A DNA stretch of 64,000 bases, taken from Octopus sinensis. Taxonomy: Eukaryota. Under the pieces are notes generated by a model. It did not search any database. It was given only the letters and a program-made list of their open reading frames with translations, and was not told where the DNA came from. The position numbers and the translations under genes are program-made. Position 1 is the stretch's first letter; every line of letters begins with the position of its first letter. The stretch is from NCBI RefSeq assembly GCF_006345805.1, contig NC_043005.1, positions 7,688,001-7,752,000 on the forward strand. The letters are read 5' to 3'. This document shows, piece by piece, positions 39,263 through 53,123 of this stretch.

Positions 39263-40509
39263 TTCATTTACCCTTTAAACGTGTCTTTTTGTATCACGTG
39301 CATCATTTCACGGCACCCTGCATCTATCTAATCCATTCATATCAATTACTGCAACTAACAAGAAGCAGGAATACTCCCTCTCACATTGGAGCCTTTGAGA
39401 TCTGGAACACCCTCATTATCCGCGAGTTCTTTTGTAATACCAGTCTCGGCTTTCTCTAAACAATAGCAAAAATACTTCTTACTCGTGATAGGTTAGTTTG
39501 AGCCGGATTATTCTATAGAACAAACATGGTTTTATAGAAAACTATAAAATTAATTTGATAGAAGTTAAGAGAATGTATCCATCCATATAATCATTTTTCA
39601 AACCATTCTTTCAAATGTTTTCCTTACGCTATTCTTATCTCTTGTTTCTGATCTCATCCTTGTTATTTGCTTTGGAATCTTCGGGTGTTTTAACACTATA
39701 CATTGCATAACAAAGTTAGGAAACTCACTTATTTTTTCCTTTTCATTAATTATACATTTATTCTTAAATGGCCAGTATATAAAAGTATATAAAAGTTAAC
39801 ATTTTCGTTTTCTGGTGGTATCTGTGAGGCGTCATTGTAATATAAAAGAGTCATTGACATGCTATCAAGAAGCAGCATATAATAGAAACAAACAAACGCC
39901 TTGTAATCTTTCCGTAGAATACATCAGAATGTGTTGGATATGTATAAGTATTAACTCACTGAATGTTCATGAAAGAAACGAAAGAATTATCATTGCATTT
40001 AGAAGCATCAGGTTTTGGTGTGATTAGCCTCAGATCGTATATCGACCTGAATGACGCAAACAGAATAAACTATTGTTTCTTTAAAGATTAATAAATTACA
40101 TTATGACGCCTAAGCTGGGAGATCGATAAATATGAAAGCAATATTCGCGTGCAGGAACAGTGTTATGATTCCGTTTCAGACTACAAGATTTGTACATAAA
40201 ATTCTATAGAAAGCAATCGATCTTATTTATAGTATTGTCTTTGCCTTCATATTTTCAAACTCTCCTCAGTTATCTCCCCGTATATCTGGTATAGACGACG
40301 ACTGTTAGTATAGCTGGAAAGCTATTGACCCATGGATCACGATACAGAACACTGACACCAAATTGCTATTCAGTGATGTATGATGTAAAGTCTTTCATAT
40401 CTCCTTTTATCTTTATATTTAATGTACATTAAAATATATGAATATTAATGCAAACACATATACACTTTGATTCACAAACATAAATATAAATACGTGTAAT
40501 CATACATGA

Positions 40510-40910
40510 TTGTTCATATACAAAGTGTTTGACCTTATCTGGTATATAAATATCCTGGTAAAATTCCTGCTTTTGACTTCATCCATTTCTTGTACTGGAA
40601 GAGCACTCTTTTCACACTTTCACACACACTTTATCAACTCTGATGTCCCTCAAGGTTTGGTTTCGTCTTTTCTACGCTCTTCTCCATATACAGCAACCAC
40701 CTCGTTGCTGTACCCTCTGACAATAAATACTCCCATGTACATGATAAACCCTTTTATTCCTCCTTAACCATACCCACCTATGTATCATCTACGTACAACT
40801 TAGAAACCTCACATCAAACCTGTATCAATTCCACAGACAGAAATCTCGAAAACACCCTTTAATAAGGTTGAACCAACCTTGTTTCCTCCAACAGCACGAA
40901 GTCACACTCA
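40510..40910 (+). pseudogene. Decayed CR1/Jockey-group RT fragment
   Basis: KVFDLIWY (KAFD), INSDVPQG and FSIYSNHL motifs. Confidence 0.7.
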
Positions 40911-41453
40911 TCTATATATTAATAAACGCGAAATTCTGTCTGTCCGTCCGTCCGTCATCCCTGTATCTCAGTCTACATTTGTTCAACATAGACATATTAT
41001 ACTGTTTTGGAATCAGTATGATCCTGGGATTGAAAATCTGCTCTTCATTTGGTTCTTGAACATCCAGCATTGGGATCTGATTTAAAAGCATTTGTGTTGC
41101 TATTTCTAGCAGGTAAAGCTTGACTGATTCACACCATCTTGGTTGGCGTTTGTCAGATGATCGGGGGGAGATAAATGACATTCACTTCGTTAATTTTACG
41201 TCGAGATAAGAAATTGGGGATAGATTGGCCATCAGCTGGAAATCAACTTGGGACTGGAACAATAAAATAATTGTGTTGCAAAATTAATTCTTATCCGTCC
41301 TTAACCTCTGATCAAAAACCACCGGGACATATAGTCATTATAAACATATTATAGTTATGCTATTTAACCCTCTTTAGTTTTGGGCTTTAGGTCCAATTAG
41401 CCTTCCGCAGGAGCCAGCTTAAAAGCTTACACGAAGTGCGGCTTTTAAGCTAG
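40911..41453 (+). mobile_element. Non-autonomous Helitron family 2
   Basis: A|TCTATATATT...(CCGT)n 5' end; decayed 3' hairpin AAAAGCTTACACGAAGTGCGGCTTTT; CTAG|T. Confidence 0.75.
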
Positions 41454-41639
41454 TTACTTATATAAAGAAAACAATATTACAACTCACCAACATACTAATA
41501 GCTCCCAACTTAAATACTCAAGGTCGCTAGCATCATTCTGAAGAATCTTTCTGGCAAACGTACATAGTGAACAGAACAAAGACAGCTGTACTATATTGAC
41601 TGATCTTCCTTTTGATGGTTCTCTATAACTCAATTCCAA

Positions 41640-43600
41640 ACATCCAATTATTAGACCAAACAAGTTCACCCTTCCTTATGTAGAGCCTTATAACAATATG
41701 GATCTACACAAAGCAAATTGGGTTACAATTATACATGTCCTATCTCTTGTCGACTGGTCTTTCACACTCATTTATCTCGACCTCAAAATGTCGTGGAAGC
41801 TGTTTGAGGATTCAGTTACCAACGTATGCTCAAACCACACCCATTACGACTCATGAAAAATAATAAGCGTTGGCTCCCACGAGAAAGAAACATTCTCACT
41901 AAGAAAGAAAGAAGAATGAACAAAAACCAAGTCAGTTGAATAATGCCAACCGTAGCATCCCTATTTGACAATTACAACGCTCGATTAAAAACGAAATCAT
42001 CTCAAGACCGGCATGAGAAATAAGATTATTAAGCAAAGGACTGCTGAGTAATTTAGACCCAACCCTAAGTGTTCTCTATATATTTGTCAAACGACATTGG
42101 ACTACTGCTTCATCTAGTAGTCCGTTGACTGACGAAAACGACATTCTCCACTGCAATGCCAAATAGGGATCCCATAGAAACGATATTGCTTCGTTTTCTA
42201 TGATTAATTTAAGCAGTGATCTTAATGTGGCTGAATTATTCCATTAAATGAATTAAAAATTTCCAACAAATCCGATCTGAAAACTTTTGGAGCTACAGCC
42301 ATCATAGTAGCGATAAATAAAATTAAATTTAACTCAGATGTAGGCACTGATAAGATTTTCATTAGTATATTAGAGGGATGCTGGTGTCAACGTGCATCCA
42401 CTATACATAATATATACTGAATGTAGGCTATATATCTAAACACGTTCTATCCCAATAAATCATCTAAACCCAGTCAGCTAAAGTTTCGCAGTGGAAGACT
42501 GCTTAACACAGCTTCAGTACCACTTTAATGACATTTTAAATGCATCTAGAGACTTCAGCAAAGCATTCGACAGTATTCTATTGAAAATCTACCAAACGAT
42601 GGAAATATTAGAGTTCATGGAAAGCTATTGCAGTGAATTAAATATTTGCCGAAAAAAAAGTCTAATATGCTATAAAAACAGTCTACTCATGCCCAATAAA
42701 AGTCATTAATAGTGTTCCCTAAGATACTGTGAGAATTTATATAAGTGACTAGCAGTATCGCCCGGCGTTGCTCGGGTTTGTAAGGGAAATAACTATATAA
42801 GCATTTTTAGAGATGTAAAGTATAATAGCCATCTTAATATGGCTAACCACAAAGGGGGGGGGGTATTACTGTAGCTTTTTACGTTCTGAGATTTAATAAT
42901 AAATTTTTAGAGAGTTACTTCCCTTATATATGCCAAAAATGCATTAAAAATGGGAAAAATTAATGGTAATTTTTTTTTTAAATCGTAGACTCATCGTAGA
43001 CGCGCGCTAATACCCAGAAGGGCTCGATATGAATCACGACTATAAGATACCCGGTTTTGGTTAAACTGCACCGCAAAATGTGGGATTAGTTAGGAATCTA
43101 AATCGTAGGAGACAGACAGCACACAACTTCACTTTTATATATAAGTGATATCACAAGTGTTGTCAAACAATAAAATATTTTTGCAGATGCTATGCTTCAT
43201 AAAATCGTCAGTAGTGGAAGTGACTGGAAAGAATTAAAAGCAGAATTAAATCCCCGAAACATAAAATGTTGCTATAGAACGAAAAATTCAAATTCATCAA
43301 CTTTAGAAAAGAGTATGTATCTAAACATATGCTGCCTGGTTTGAAATATTATTGAAAATTCAGATGTAACTCTCAACAATAAACTAAGCATGTGCATCCA
43401 CAACAATAAAGTCGACATGGTTCGCAAGATGTATTTGGATCTTTCCGATCGACAGATCTAGATGACACCTTTCTTCTATTCTGTAGCTTTATTAGGTCTT
43501 ATCTTGAATACTGTGGCCTTCTGTGGTTTCTTCACACCAAACAAAATATTAAGAGAATTGACGAATCCTAGAGGTCAATTACAGACAATAAAAACAGAAA
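41640..43600 (+). pseudogene. Decayed CR1-like LINE interrupted by a Helitron
   Basis: KANW..VDWS linker, DFSKAFDS, VP*DTV before the Helitron; IFAD and LEY after it. Confidence 0.65.
42749..43145 (-). mobile_element. Non-autonomous Helitron family 1
   Basis: CTAG end at 42749 with hairpin; near-identical to 21806-22201. Confidence 0.92.
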
Positions 43601-44987
43601 AAATGTATAAATGGCTTTGATTATTGGAATATTCTCATAAAGTTCAGAGTTTATAATATATTTCACTAGCATTGCCTAATGAGTTTAAAACTCGTCTCTA
43701 GTACGATACTATCCATACAAAAATCAAGGTTACATCATATAATCACATTGCGACACAAGTCATTTACATCAATCAGTCCTACTTCATCAAACACAACTCC
43801 GAAACGTAGCATAAACTACAAATAGTACCTAGAGAAATTTCTCTTAGAAATTACAGATAAATCTTGAGAATTTTCGACCAACCACAACTTTCTATTCGAG
43901 TAGGATATAATGTCTCAAAATGTGACTTCGGCTAGTGGTGCTCTTAAGTAAGACATAGCCTAGGTGAAACATATCTAAGTGATTTATGTTACACACTCAC
44001 AAGAAAGAGAGAAAATCTATTTAATTATTGTGTTGAATATAATTACATTTGTTGGGCTGAGCTTGTATACAGCACATTGTTTTTCATTCGTATGCTCAAC
44101 CACGGAAAAATATATGATGATTCAAAAAGGATATGCAATTCACGCATACAGACACAGAAACAATCTACATTTAACAAGAAATTTCATATCTTTGATAAAC
44201 GTCTCTAAATATGAAAGCTCTATATTCAACGGAAAGGTACAATATTATGTGTAAGATCATTCTCTCCCACCAACCGGAAATTGTGAACGAACACGCATAG
44301 AATATAGAAAAAGTAAAGAATTCAAGTTTTCTTGATGATATTAATTTTCCTTAAATAATTATATTTTTTAAATAATGTGTAATAAAGGAAAATGGCTAAA
44401 AATAATTTGAAGTATATTTTTAAGTCATTATCCCATTTTTCTCATTACATGTTATTTGGATATTGGTTATATTTTTGGAGAGAACTAAAAGCTTGTATTG
44501 TTTCTATTTCATTTAGGAAACGTAATAGTAAGGAGAATTTTTAGATTACATAATGATAATGTTAATGATTATGATCTATCTTTCATGACATTACAAGTTA
44601 AAACCTGATTGATATGTTAAAGTAACCCAACAGCAATAAAAGATCGAGGTTCTTCATTACTTAGAATATTTTTCGATATAATGGAACGTTGATTCACGTT
44701 TGTATTCCAGTTCTGAGAGAGATGCAGAGATACTTTACCAGGTTTTAATAAATGCAAGATTTTGTGGCAGATTCCATTGTATCTCATTACGCATTTAAAA
44801 AGAATATTCCAATGTTAATTTCACGAGAGAAATTCAAGCAATCATTTCAAAGATACAGCAGATTTCAGAATAGAAGATGTAATGGTAGTTATTTATTTAT
44901 AATCATATTTTAATCAAAAGAAAAACGTGGAGAACACGAGACAAAGCAAAAGGAGAATAAGAGAGTGAGCGAGTGAATGAGTGAGTG

Positions 44988-45077
<90 letters not shown>

Positions 45078-45767
45078 AGATTCCTGTATGCGATTCACTT
45101 GCTAGTGATAAAAAAATTTGATATTACTGTGTCCAGAAGCAAGCTTCTAATTTACACATAAATTTATTATAAGACGGTCATTGTTGGCGCTACACACACA
45201 CACCACACACACACACACACAACACCACACCACACACACACACACACATACATTAATACACACATACATACATACACACATACATACATACATACATACA
45301 ACATAACACACAAACACACACACATATACATACATACATACACACACATACACACATTACATACATAACATACATACATCCATACATACATAACATACAT
45401 ACACACATACATACACGTCTGTGGTTGTGTGTGTGTGTGTGGATTAAACACATACACACTAACTCTCTACGGTGCTTCTCGTCTCCAGGCAGTTCCTCTT
45501 TATTGTTTTTGTTTTCTGTTGCATGTTTTAATCCAGAATTCTTTACAAACATCAGTAATGTGAAATGACACTAAAACAATTAGACCGCCTTTTAGGAGCC
45601 ATTTATCAACTACGTATTCTCACACCAATATTACTTAATAATGTCCCATTCTTTTTTTGTTGAGAAAGATGGTTACAGTAAATTTCATATATTTCAGTGT
45701 TCATCAGATTATCTGAAAAACAAAAGGGAAAAAAGACAGTCAAGTACTGTCCGTCCTAGCAGAAATA

Positions 45768-45975
45768 TCAGTTTAAAATTTTGGCCAGCAGGCTTGGGGG
45801 AGGGTATAAGTCGATTAAATCGACCTCAGTGCTTAACTGGTACTTATTTTACTAACACCAAAAGCATGAAAGACAAAGTCAACCCCGGCGAAATATGAAC
45901 TCAGAAAGTAAAGACAGATAAGATGCCGATTAGCATTTCTCCTGGCGTGCTAACGATTCTGCTAGCTCGCTGCTT
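45768..45975 (-). mobile_element. Diverged family-M SINE
   Basis: Core AAAAGCATGAAAGACAAAGTCAACC; TSD TAGCAGAAATAT. Confidence 0.75.
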
Positions 45976-47044
45976 GTGTCTTAGCAGAAATATTGTGCAA
46001 ACCTTTACTGACTATCGTATAAGCTAATACGAACACGGAATGCAGTGAAATATGGATTAGATTTTGGAAATTCAACATGAAATTAGAAACCATTGCAGTC
46101 TAACTGACAGGAATATTTCTTTAAGAAATCCTTTTATAATTGTATATATACAATTTTGTATTTGTACAAAAGAGGTATATCATATTCCATTGCTCGAAAC
46201 TTATTCATGGGATGGCAAGCAAGAAACATTTAAATATGAAAATTCCAAGTACAGGAATCATAGGTTTTAATTTGGTGAGTATTTAACTGATATTTTGAAG
46301 AAATAAAATCAGACGCACCGATTATATAATCATATCGATTGTATAAAAATGAAGTTAATATACGAGTTAATATATCAATATTTTAAGCTACAATTGATGG
46401 TCTGCCAGAAAAAGAAAATAAAGTAAGCTAACAGACAATTCATAAAATAAATTCAATAAACAGGCTAAATTATTAAATCAAATTAATCGGGAATTGAGAA
46501 AGCAGGTGGCGGGAGCGAGCGAGTGGGGGAGAATTGGAGGACGAGAGAAAGAGAGAAAAAGAATAAGAGAGAAAGAGTAAGAGAGAAGATAGAGGGAGAG
46601 AGAAAGAGAGTTGAAAAATATAATTGAAATAAGTCAGTAGAAAATATATTTTGTAGATAAATTGAGAGTAATTTAAATAGATCAGTATGTTATGCCGTAT
46701 AATCGACAATATTGTGTTCGTGGGAGGGATGTGTGGGAGTGATATGAGTAATATCTGATTGAATTAGCAAATGTCGTAACATAAGCAGCTATAAGGACGC
46801 ATTTATGGAGGCATGGTTTATTCACCAGTCCTCAACTGATACTTATATTATAGATCTTGGACGTAAAGTCACATGGAATTGGGCTAAGATTGAACTCTGA
46901 ATAGAAAAGGATGTAACTGCCCCCAAGGCATTTTATATAGCGTTCGACCGATTTTGCAGTCAACTGCTTTTTCTAGATTTGTACTATTAATTTGCTTGTT
47001 TAATTCAACCGTTAACGTATTTTGATGTGTATATATATATATAT

Positions 47045-47258
47045 ATAACGGGAAGCTTTATGAAAATAAACAAAAGACGAAGGCAGGTGGAATACAAACA
47101 AACAATTGTATTAGTATGGCGCTCAGGAATATAGATAAAACAAGTCTTTTACGTTTCGAGCCTACGCTCTTCAACAGAAAGATACACAGAAAAGAAACAC
47201 AGGGAGAAACAAGGAGAGAAAAAAATGCGTGCAGAAGCTAGCGAATCAACATGGCGAT
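47045..47258 (-). mobile_element. Short Penelope-pseudo-LTR-like insert between (TA)n tracts
   Basis: Contains a minimal hammerhead-like motif; (TA)n on both sides; family assignment is inference. Confidence 0.5.
47145..47182 (-). ncRNA. Minimal type I hammerhead-like motif
   Basis: TCTTT-CTGTTGA-A-GAGC[GTAG]GCTC-GAAACGT-A-AAAGA: 5-bp helix I, 4-bp helix II, palindromic ACGT helix III; A6 is U. Confidence 0.55.
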
Positions 47259-47272
47259 ATATATATATATTG

Positions 47273-47822
47273 CACGAGTTTTGATCAGAAAGTATCAGAA
47301 CTTTTACTATGGTGACGGAACTAAAGTACGCAGACTAAAGCTGCCTGGCACAGCTTGACCTTGATCTCTGTTGCTTACGCACACTAAGTTACAACGATCT
47401 CGCTCACTTCCGTTGTTTATAGCAGTGCTTGAAAGAAAAGTGTGTAGAGTGTGGTCGTCTCAAAAAGACGATCAGGTTACAGCTGCGCAGAATCTCCCTG
47501 ATTGTGACGTGGAAGACGAAATATTTTGAAAACAGTCATGACAGGTGACGAATTGTGAGTCGACGGCTTAAACACTGAAACGAAGGCAAAAATCAAATCC
47601 TACTTGAAAGGAACAAGATTTCAAGTCGGCGAGAAAATCCAAGAGAATGCGACTAGGCAGCTGTTCCACTATCACAATAAAGGAGTTCCAGGAATGCTTC
47701 CATCAATAAAAATGACGCTGGATAAAGTGTCAGGCTTCAAAAGGGGACAAAATGCCGAATTGATATTAGTTGTAGTTTTCTCTTTATAGCACCGGTCACG
47801 TTACTTTTCATCAGGCATTGTA
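47273..47822 (+). mobile_element. Internally deleted mariner (same family as 13355-13868)
   Basis: Both TIRs present (CACGAGTTTTGATCAGAAAGTA and TTACTTTTCATCAGGCATTG); KSYLKGTRF and W*KR*YF-region VMTGDE remnants. Confidence 0.85.
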
Positions 47823-48084
47823 TATACACTATATATGTATATATATGTGTGTATATTTTATATTATATACGTATTTATGCATATATGTATATACATGCAG
47901 CCCCCCCCCACGCACTCACACACACACAAATTAGATGATATTTTTTCGAGCGCAGAATCGCCGTTAGGACAGCGGTAATATTGGGTAAATTACTCTTTCT
48001 AAGCGGAAAAAGTATCAACCACCAGCCAGATTTAGTCGCTCTTATTGGAACATATATAATATATAATTATATAATATATATATA

Positions 48085-48227
48085 GGTGTAGGAGTGGCTG
48101 TGTGGTAAGTAGCTTGCTTACTTCAGTCCCACTGCGTGGCATCTTGGGCAAGTGTCTTCTACTATAGGCTCGGGCCGACCAAAGCCTTGTGAGTGGATTT
48201 GGTTGACGGAAACTGAAAGAAGCCCGT

Positions 48228-48305
<78 letters not shown>

Positions 48306-48462
48306 GTTTGTGTGTCTTTGTTTGTCCCCACCAAAAGCGCTTGACAACCGATGCTGGTGTGTTTAAAGAGACCGATAGAATAAGTCCTGGGGTCGATTTG
48401 CTCGACTAAAGGCGGTGCTCCAGCATGGCCACAGTCAAATGACTGAAACAAGTAAAAGAGAA
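48085..48462 (+). mobile_element. SINE family C
   Basis: Head and tail as above, with internal deletions. Confidence 0.88.
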
Positions 48463-48476
48463 AAAAAAATAAAAGA

Positions 48477-48519
<43 letters not shown>

Positions 48520-49883
48520 TATTGCGTATTATGCTAAAAAGCGCTGCAGGGTAGCAGAATTTTCCACTCGAGTCAAATATAACAAACTACTCGAAGTAAG
48601 TACTATCCACATTAGTAAGAGTCAAGACCGGCTAGTTTGTACTGAAATCGAGTCGTATAAGTTGTAATAATGAAGTGAAACAAAATCCATGTTTAAACTT
48701 CCCTTGATATGCTGAATATTTATGTATATGCACACGCACGCACACATATACCAGAAAGTGTGTGAGTGTATAGCTGTTCATCTCTCACTTTCTCATCTAT
48801 TTTACAACAATCAAATCCTTCCATATTCCTCCTACCGCGCCCCACCAATTTTCTCTTATGTTTTCTCTTTCTTTACTTTTCTCATATTTTACCCTATACT
48901 TTTTAATTATTTTACATAACTTAATTTTTTCTTTCCATATTTACCACTCTATAGCCACCTGTTATTTTATCTCACCTGATTTTTCTCTCTTTCATCCATT
49001 CTTTGTCTTTCATTTTCTTCCTCGTTTTCTATCTATCGCATTTTCTCTTTCTTCAGTTCTTTCCATCTCCCTAACTTTCTATTTCTCTTCTTTCTCTTTA
49101 TATTTTCATATGCTTTATCGCTTTGCTTGCATTTGAAAATTCATGTGCTTCTTCCCTTTTACCTTGTGATTGCATCTTCTCTTTTTAGCGTTATTTTTTT
49201 ATATTTATTTTTAACTAAAGCATAGCGAATCACCCATATATAAATTATGTATGTATGTGCATATTTATGTATGCATTCTTATGACGTCAACAATGTCTAC
49301 ACACACATGACCTTTTGGTTAAGATCAAAGAGTAAAATTTTCTCCAATTTTCTCCAAAATTTTCTTTTAATTTTCTCAAATGCTCTTATTCATTTTTCTT
49401 GTTCTCTTTTTGATTTTTGCCCGTTTTTCTTTTTTCCATTTATACACTTTACATTCACTTCTGTCACATTCCGCTTGCTTCTCTCTCTACGTGTCTCCCT
49501 AATTTTTTTTCTTCATACAACCCAAATATTTCTTTCTTCATACAACCCAAATATTTCTTTGCTTCAGTGTTGTATTGTACCCTCTTGCTCCTCTCTCGTT
49601 CATGATTTTTTCTACGTACATTATGGAATCTTATACACCCATACCCTTACACATACTTCTCTCTCACTCTCACCTTTCTTTTTACCTCACGCTCGCTTCC
49701 GTTCTCACTTCCTTACTTCCACAATTTACATACGTTTAACGGTTACACACATCCAACAACCCACATCCCCAACTCACCTTACAATACTTGCTCACCTCTA
49801 CACATATTCATACAGATCCAGCGCTCCACCATTGTACCCAACTCAAAACGTTGATACTCTACAATACATACACACACACATAG

Positions 49884-49915
<32 letters not shown>

Positions 49916-50144
49916 ACACACACACTCACACACACACTCACACACACACACACACTCACACACACACACACACACTCACACACACACGGACACACACACA
50001 CAGACACACACACACACACAGAGTGTCACCTCTTCCTCTCTTCTTAACTGTTCGCCCATAGAACCACATTCTCAACCAACCCCTAAACCCTCGCTTCTTT
50101 TCTCAATCCTTTTTTTGTTTTACACTCCTTTACTTCTATACTTT

Positions 50145-50178
50145 TCTTCTGATGAAGAATGAGTCCGAAACGTTGAGA
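50145..50178 (+). ncRNA. Minimal type I hammerhead-like motif in a pseudo-LTR-like segment
   Basis: TCTT-CTGATGA-AGAATGAGTCC-GAAACGT-T-GAGA: intact core, 4-bp helix I, weak helix II. Confidence 0.5.
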
Positions 50179-50525
50179 CCCTTTCCCTTTCTTTCTAAAC
50201 CTTTAAACAAAAATCGATTTATTAATATTTATCCTATTGTGCTGTCTTTTTCCTTATGTTTTTCCATTTTCTTTCTGTATGTATGTGGGTGTATGTATGT
50301 ATGTATGTATGTATGTACGTGTCTATAAAGCAAATTATTCTGTAGCTGAAAACATTTCGAAACATCACATGATATAACTGTAGTATTCTAATGGTCAGTA
50401 GTTGTTATTTGGCGTATAGCAACAAACATGTTAAATATATTATCGTATTAAGAGTTGGACAGTTTACTAAGGGGCTAACTCTCAATAGGCTGTCAACATT
50501 TATATATATATATATATATATATAG

Positions 50526-50558
<33 letters not shown>

Positions 50559-51189
50559 TATATATTACATACATACATACAGACATACATACATACATAC
50601 ATACATACATAACATATATACATACATTACATACATTCACACATACGTTCATATATGTTACTAATTTATATATCACCATCACCATCACCATCGACTACAT
50701 TCCACTTTCTGTTATACTTTTCATTAACTAAAAGTTGTTGAAAGTCACTTTAAAAACGAGAAGAAAAGAAGGAATATAAACAGATTATTTCCTCCAGGAA
50801 TACGAAAAATTAATTTCATTTAGCTTTAATTTCATTTCGTTTTAAATGCTATAAATTATAAAAAAATAAGTGTTTTCGGAGTTTGATTTATTTATGACTG
50901 CTTTTTATAAAATTAATAAATCAAAGGTTTACTTACATCCATCAGACAAAATTTATCATGGTATATCTACGAATCTGGATGATAATTGGTTCGTTCAAAC
51001 TATTGACACTTCTTTGAAATGTTAATGTATTCTAGTTTTATGAAAGAAAGATAGATTGGCTTTCCACCCTAAATATTCTAAGCACATACTCATTAGAAAA
51101 TTAATTTTAAAGGACATATAAAAGACCCATTTCTAACTGAAGTAATGGTAATTGTATAATTGTAGTCTATACACTAGTTGTTCTTGTTT

Positions 51190-51560
51190 GGAAGCACTCC
51201 GTCGGTTACGACGATGAGGGTTCCGGTTGATCCGATCAACGGAACAGCCTGCTCGTGAAATTAACGTGTAAGTGGCTGAGCACTCCACAGAGACGTGTAC
51301 CCTCAAACGTAGTTTCGGGATATTCAGCGTGACATAGAGAGTGACAAGGCCGGCCCTTTGAAATACAGGTAACAGAAACAGGAAGTAAGAGAAAGTTGTG
51401 GTGAAAGAGTACAGCAGGGATCACCACCATCCTGCCGGAGCTCGTGGAGCTTTAGGTGTTTTCGCTCAATAAACACCCACAACGCCCGGTCTGGGAATCG
51501 AAACCGCGATCCTACGACCGCGAGTCCGCTGCCCTAACCACTGGGCCATTGCGCCTCCAC
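51190..51560 (-). mobile_element. SINE H1-T1
   Basis: TSD AGTTGTTCTTGT. Confidence 0.92.
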
Positions 51561-52498
51561 AGTTGTTCTTGTACGTCTAAAATTATAGCAGTTTATGTCT
51601 TAAACGTACACCCCTGTCAACTGATGTAACATGTCAACCAGTTCAGTGAGCCTCAGCATTGTTGCGCTAGAAAGAACAGCTAGATCGCACTCAAGCAACA
51701 TTTCATCGTCTTTTAGACAATGCTTGGAATACAAAGACTATTCAGAAGAAAGTATGACATAGCCAAAACTGGCATGGCTTCCGATAATAAGTCTGTCAAG
51801 GTTGGCCTGGGGTTAAACAACAACATCAACTACAATATTACCGACTGGTCTATGAGTGCCTTTATCAGAGTTCACTGTGTTACAAGCATTTGGACCACCA
51901 ATACTACTACTACACTACTACTACTACTACTACTACTATATGTTCAGATTAATCAACTGTTCATTCAATATCAACAAAGGCTATGGACATTGCTTCTTCT
52001 CAGATGAACTTAAAAGATATAAAACAATTGCTCTTCCACCCCCTTTTCCCGCAGTTCTTCGGTAAGCTACAAAATTAATCCTTAAATACCATTGATTATG
52101 AATGAGAATGAAATTAATTTCGCTGGACATTTTGTAATTGAATTTGACAAGTAAGAAAATATCTGAAATAATGCGGAATTTCTAAATGTAATTCTGCGCT
52201 TGCCTTCTGGCTCAAATTTCTTTAAAACTAAGTAATAATATCAATATTGTAAATGCAACAATGACATTTGGTAACTGATAATGCAGTTCATATTATTCAA
52301 TAAATATAGATACAACGCTTCGATTTTATTATAGGAGGGGGATAAGGAATTGAATGAATCTGACAAAAGTTTGTTCCTCAAGATATTGACTGACACCACG
52401 TGAAACAATTTTAATTTCAAAATGGAAAAACTATGAGCTAAAATCTATTGATATACTCTGCATAGTATTAAAATTCTACATTGTTAATCAACCAGTAA

Positions 52499-52807
52499 TT
52501 TGGAGTAAAGAATATTTGCCAACATAACATAGCAGTCTGGTTTAGGACGAATGTTGCTGTAATTTAGCTCCAGGAGACATCGTCTCCAGCTGGTTATACA
52601 CGATCTGTGTCCTTATATTTTCGAACAAGGGAATATAAGGACACAGATCGTGTCGTATAACCAGCTGGAGACAATGTCTCCTGGGGCCATATTAAAGCAA
52701 CATTCGTCCTAAACCAGGACTGCCATGTTATGTTGGCAAATAATCTTTACTCCAAAGTACATTTGCCGAATATCTCTCATTGTGAGATTTACAGTTAGTA
52801 ATTTTCT
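52499..52807. mobile_element. Fold-back insertion (~120-bp inverted arms plus ~50-bp extension) with 12-bp direct repeats
   Basis: Arms 52499-52619 and 52632-52756; AACCAGTAATTT at 52490-52501 and 52808-52819. Confidence 0.75.
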
Positions 52808-53040
52808 AACCAGTAATTTATCGAACTAGCGGCCAAGATACGCTATGTATGAAAATTGAGCTATTTATCATAGTTTACTTAAACTTTCTATCACTCTGTT
52901 CAAAGCATGCGCAAGACCGTTGACATCTGCATTTAAATTCTTGAAAAAGATTTAAGTTGCAAGGATTTATCTTCGTTGGTGCCAATTGAAAATTTCTGTA
53001 GTTACATTTCACCTGGATTTGCAGTAAGCACTATAATTTC

Positions 53041-53097
<57 letters not shown>

Positions 53098-53123
53098 TAT
53101 AATTGAAGCGACGGCATTTATTT

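Noticed and set aside
49247-50047. Longest ORF (266 aa)
   Set aside because: Pyrimidine-rich low-complexity sequence plus (CA)n, starting at a non-ATG codon; no domain
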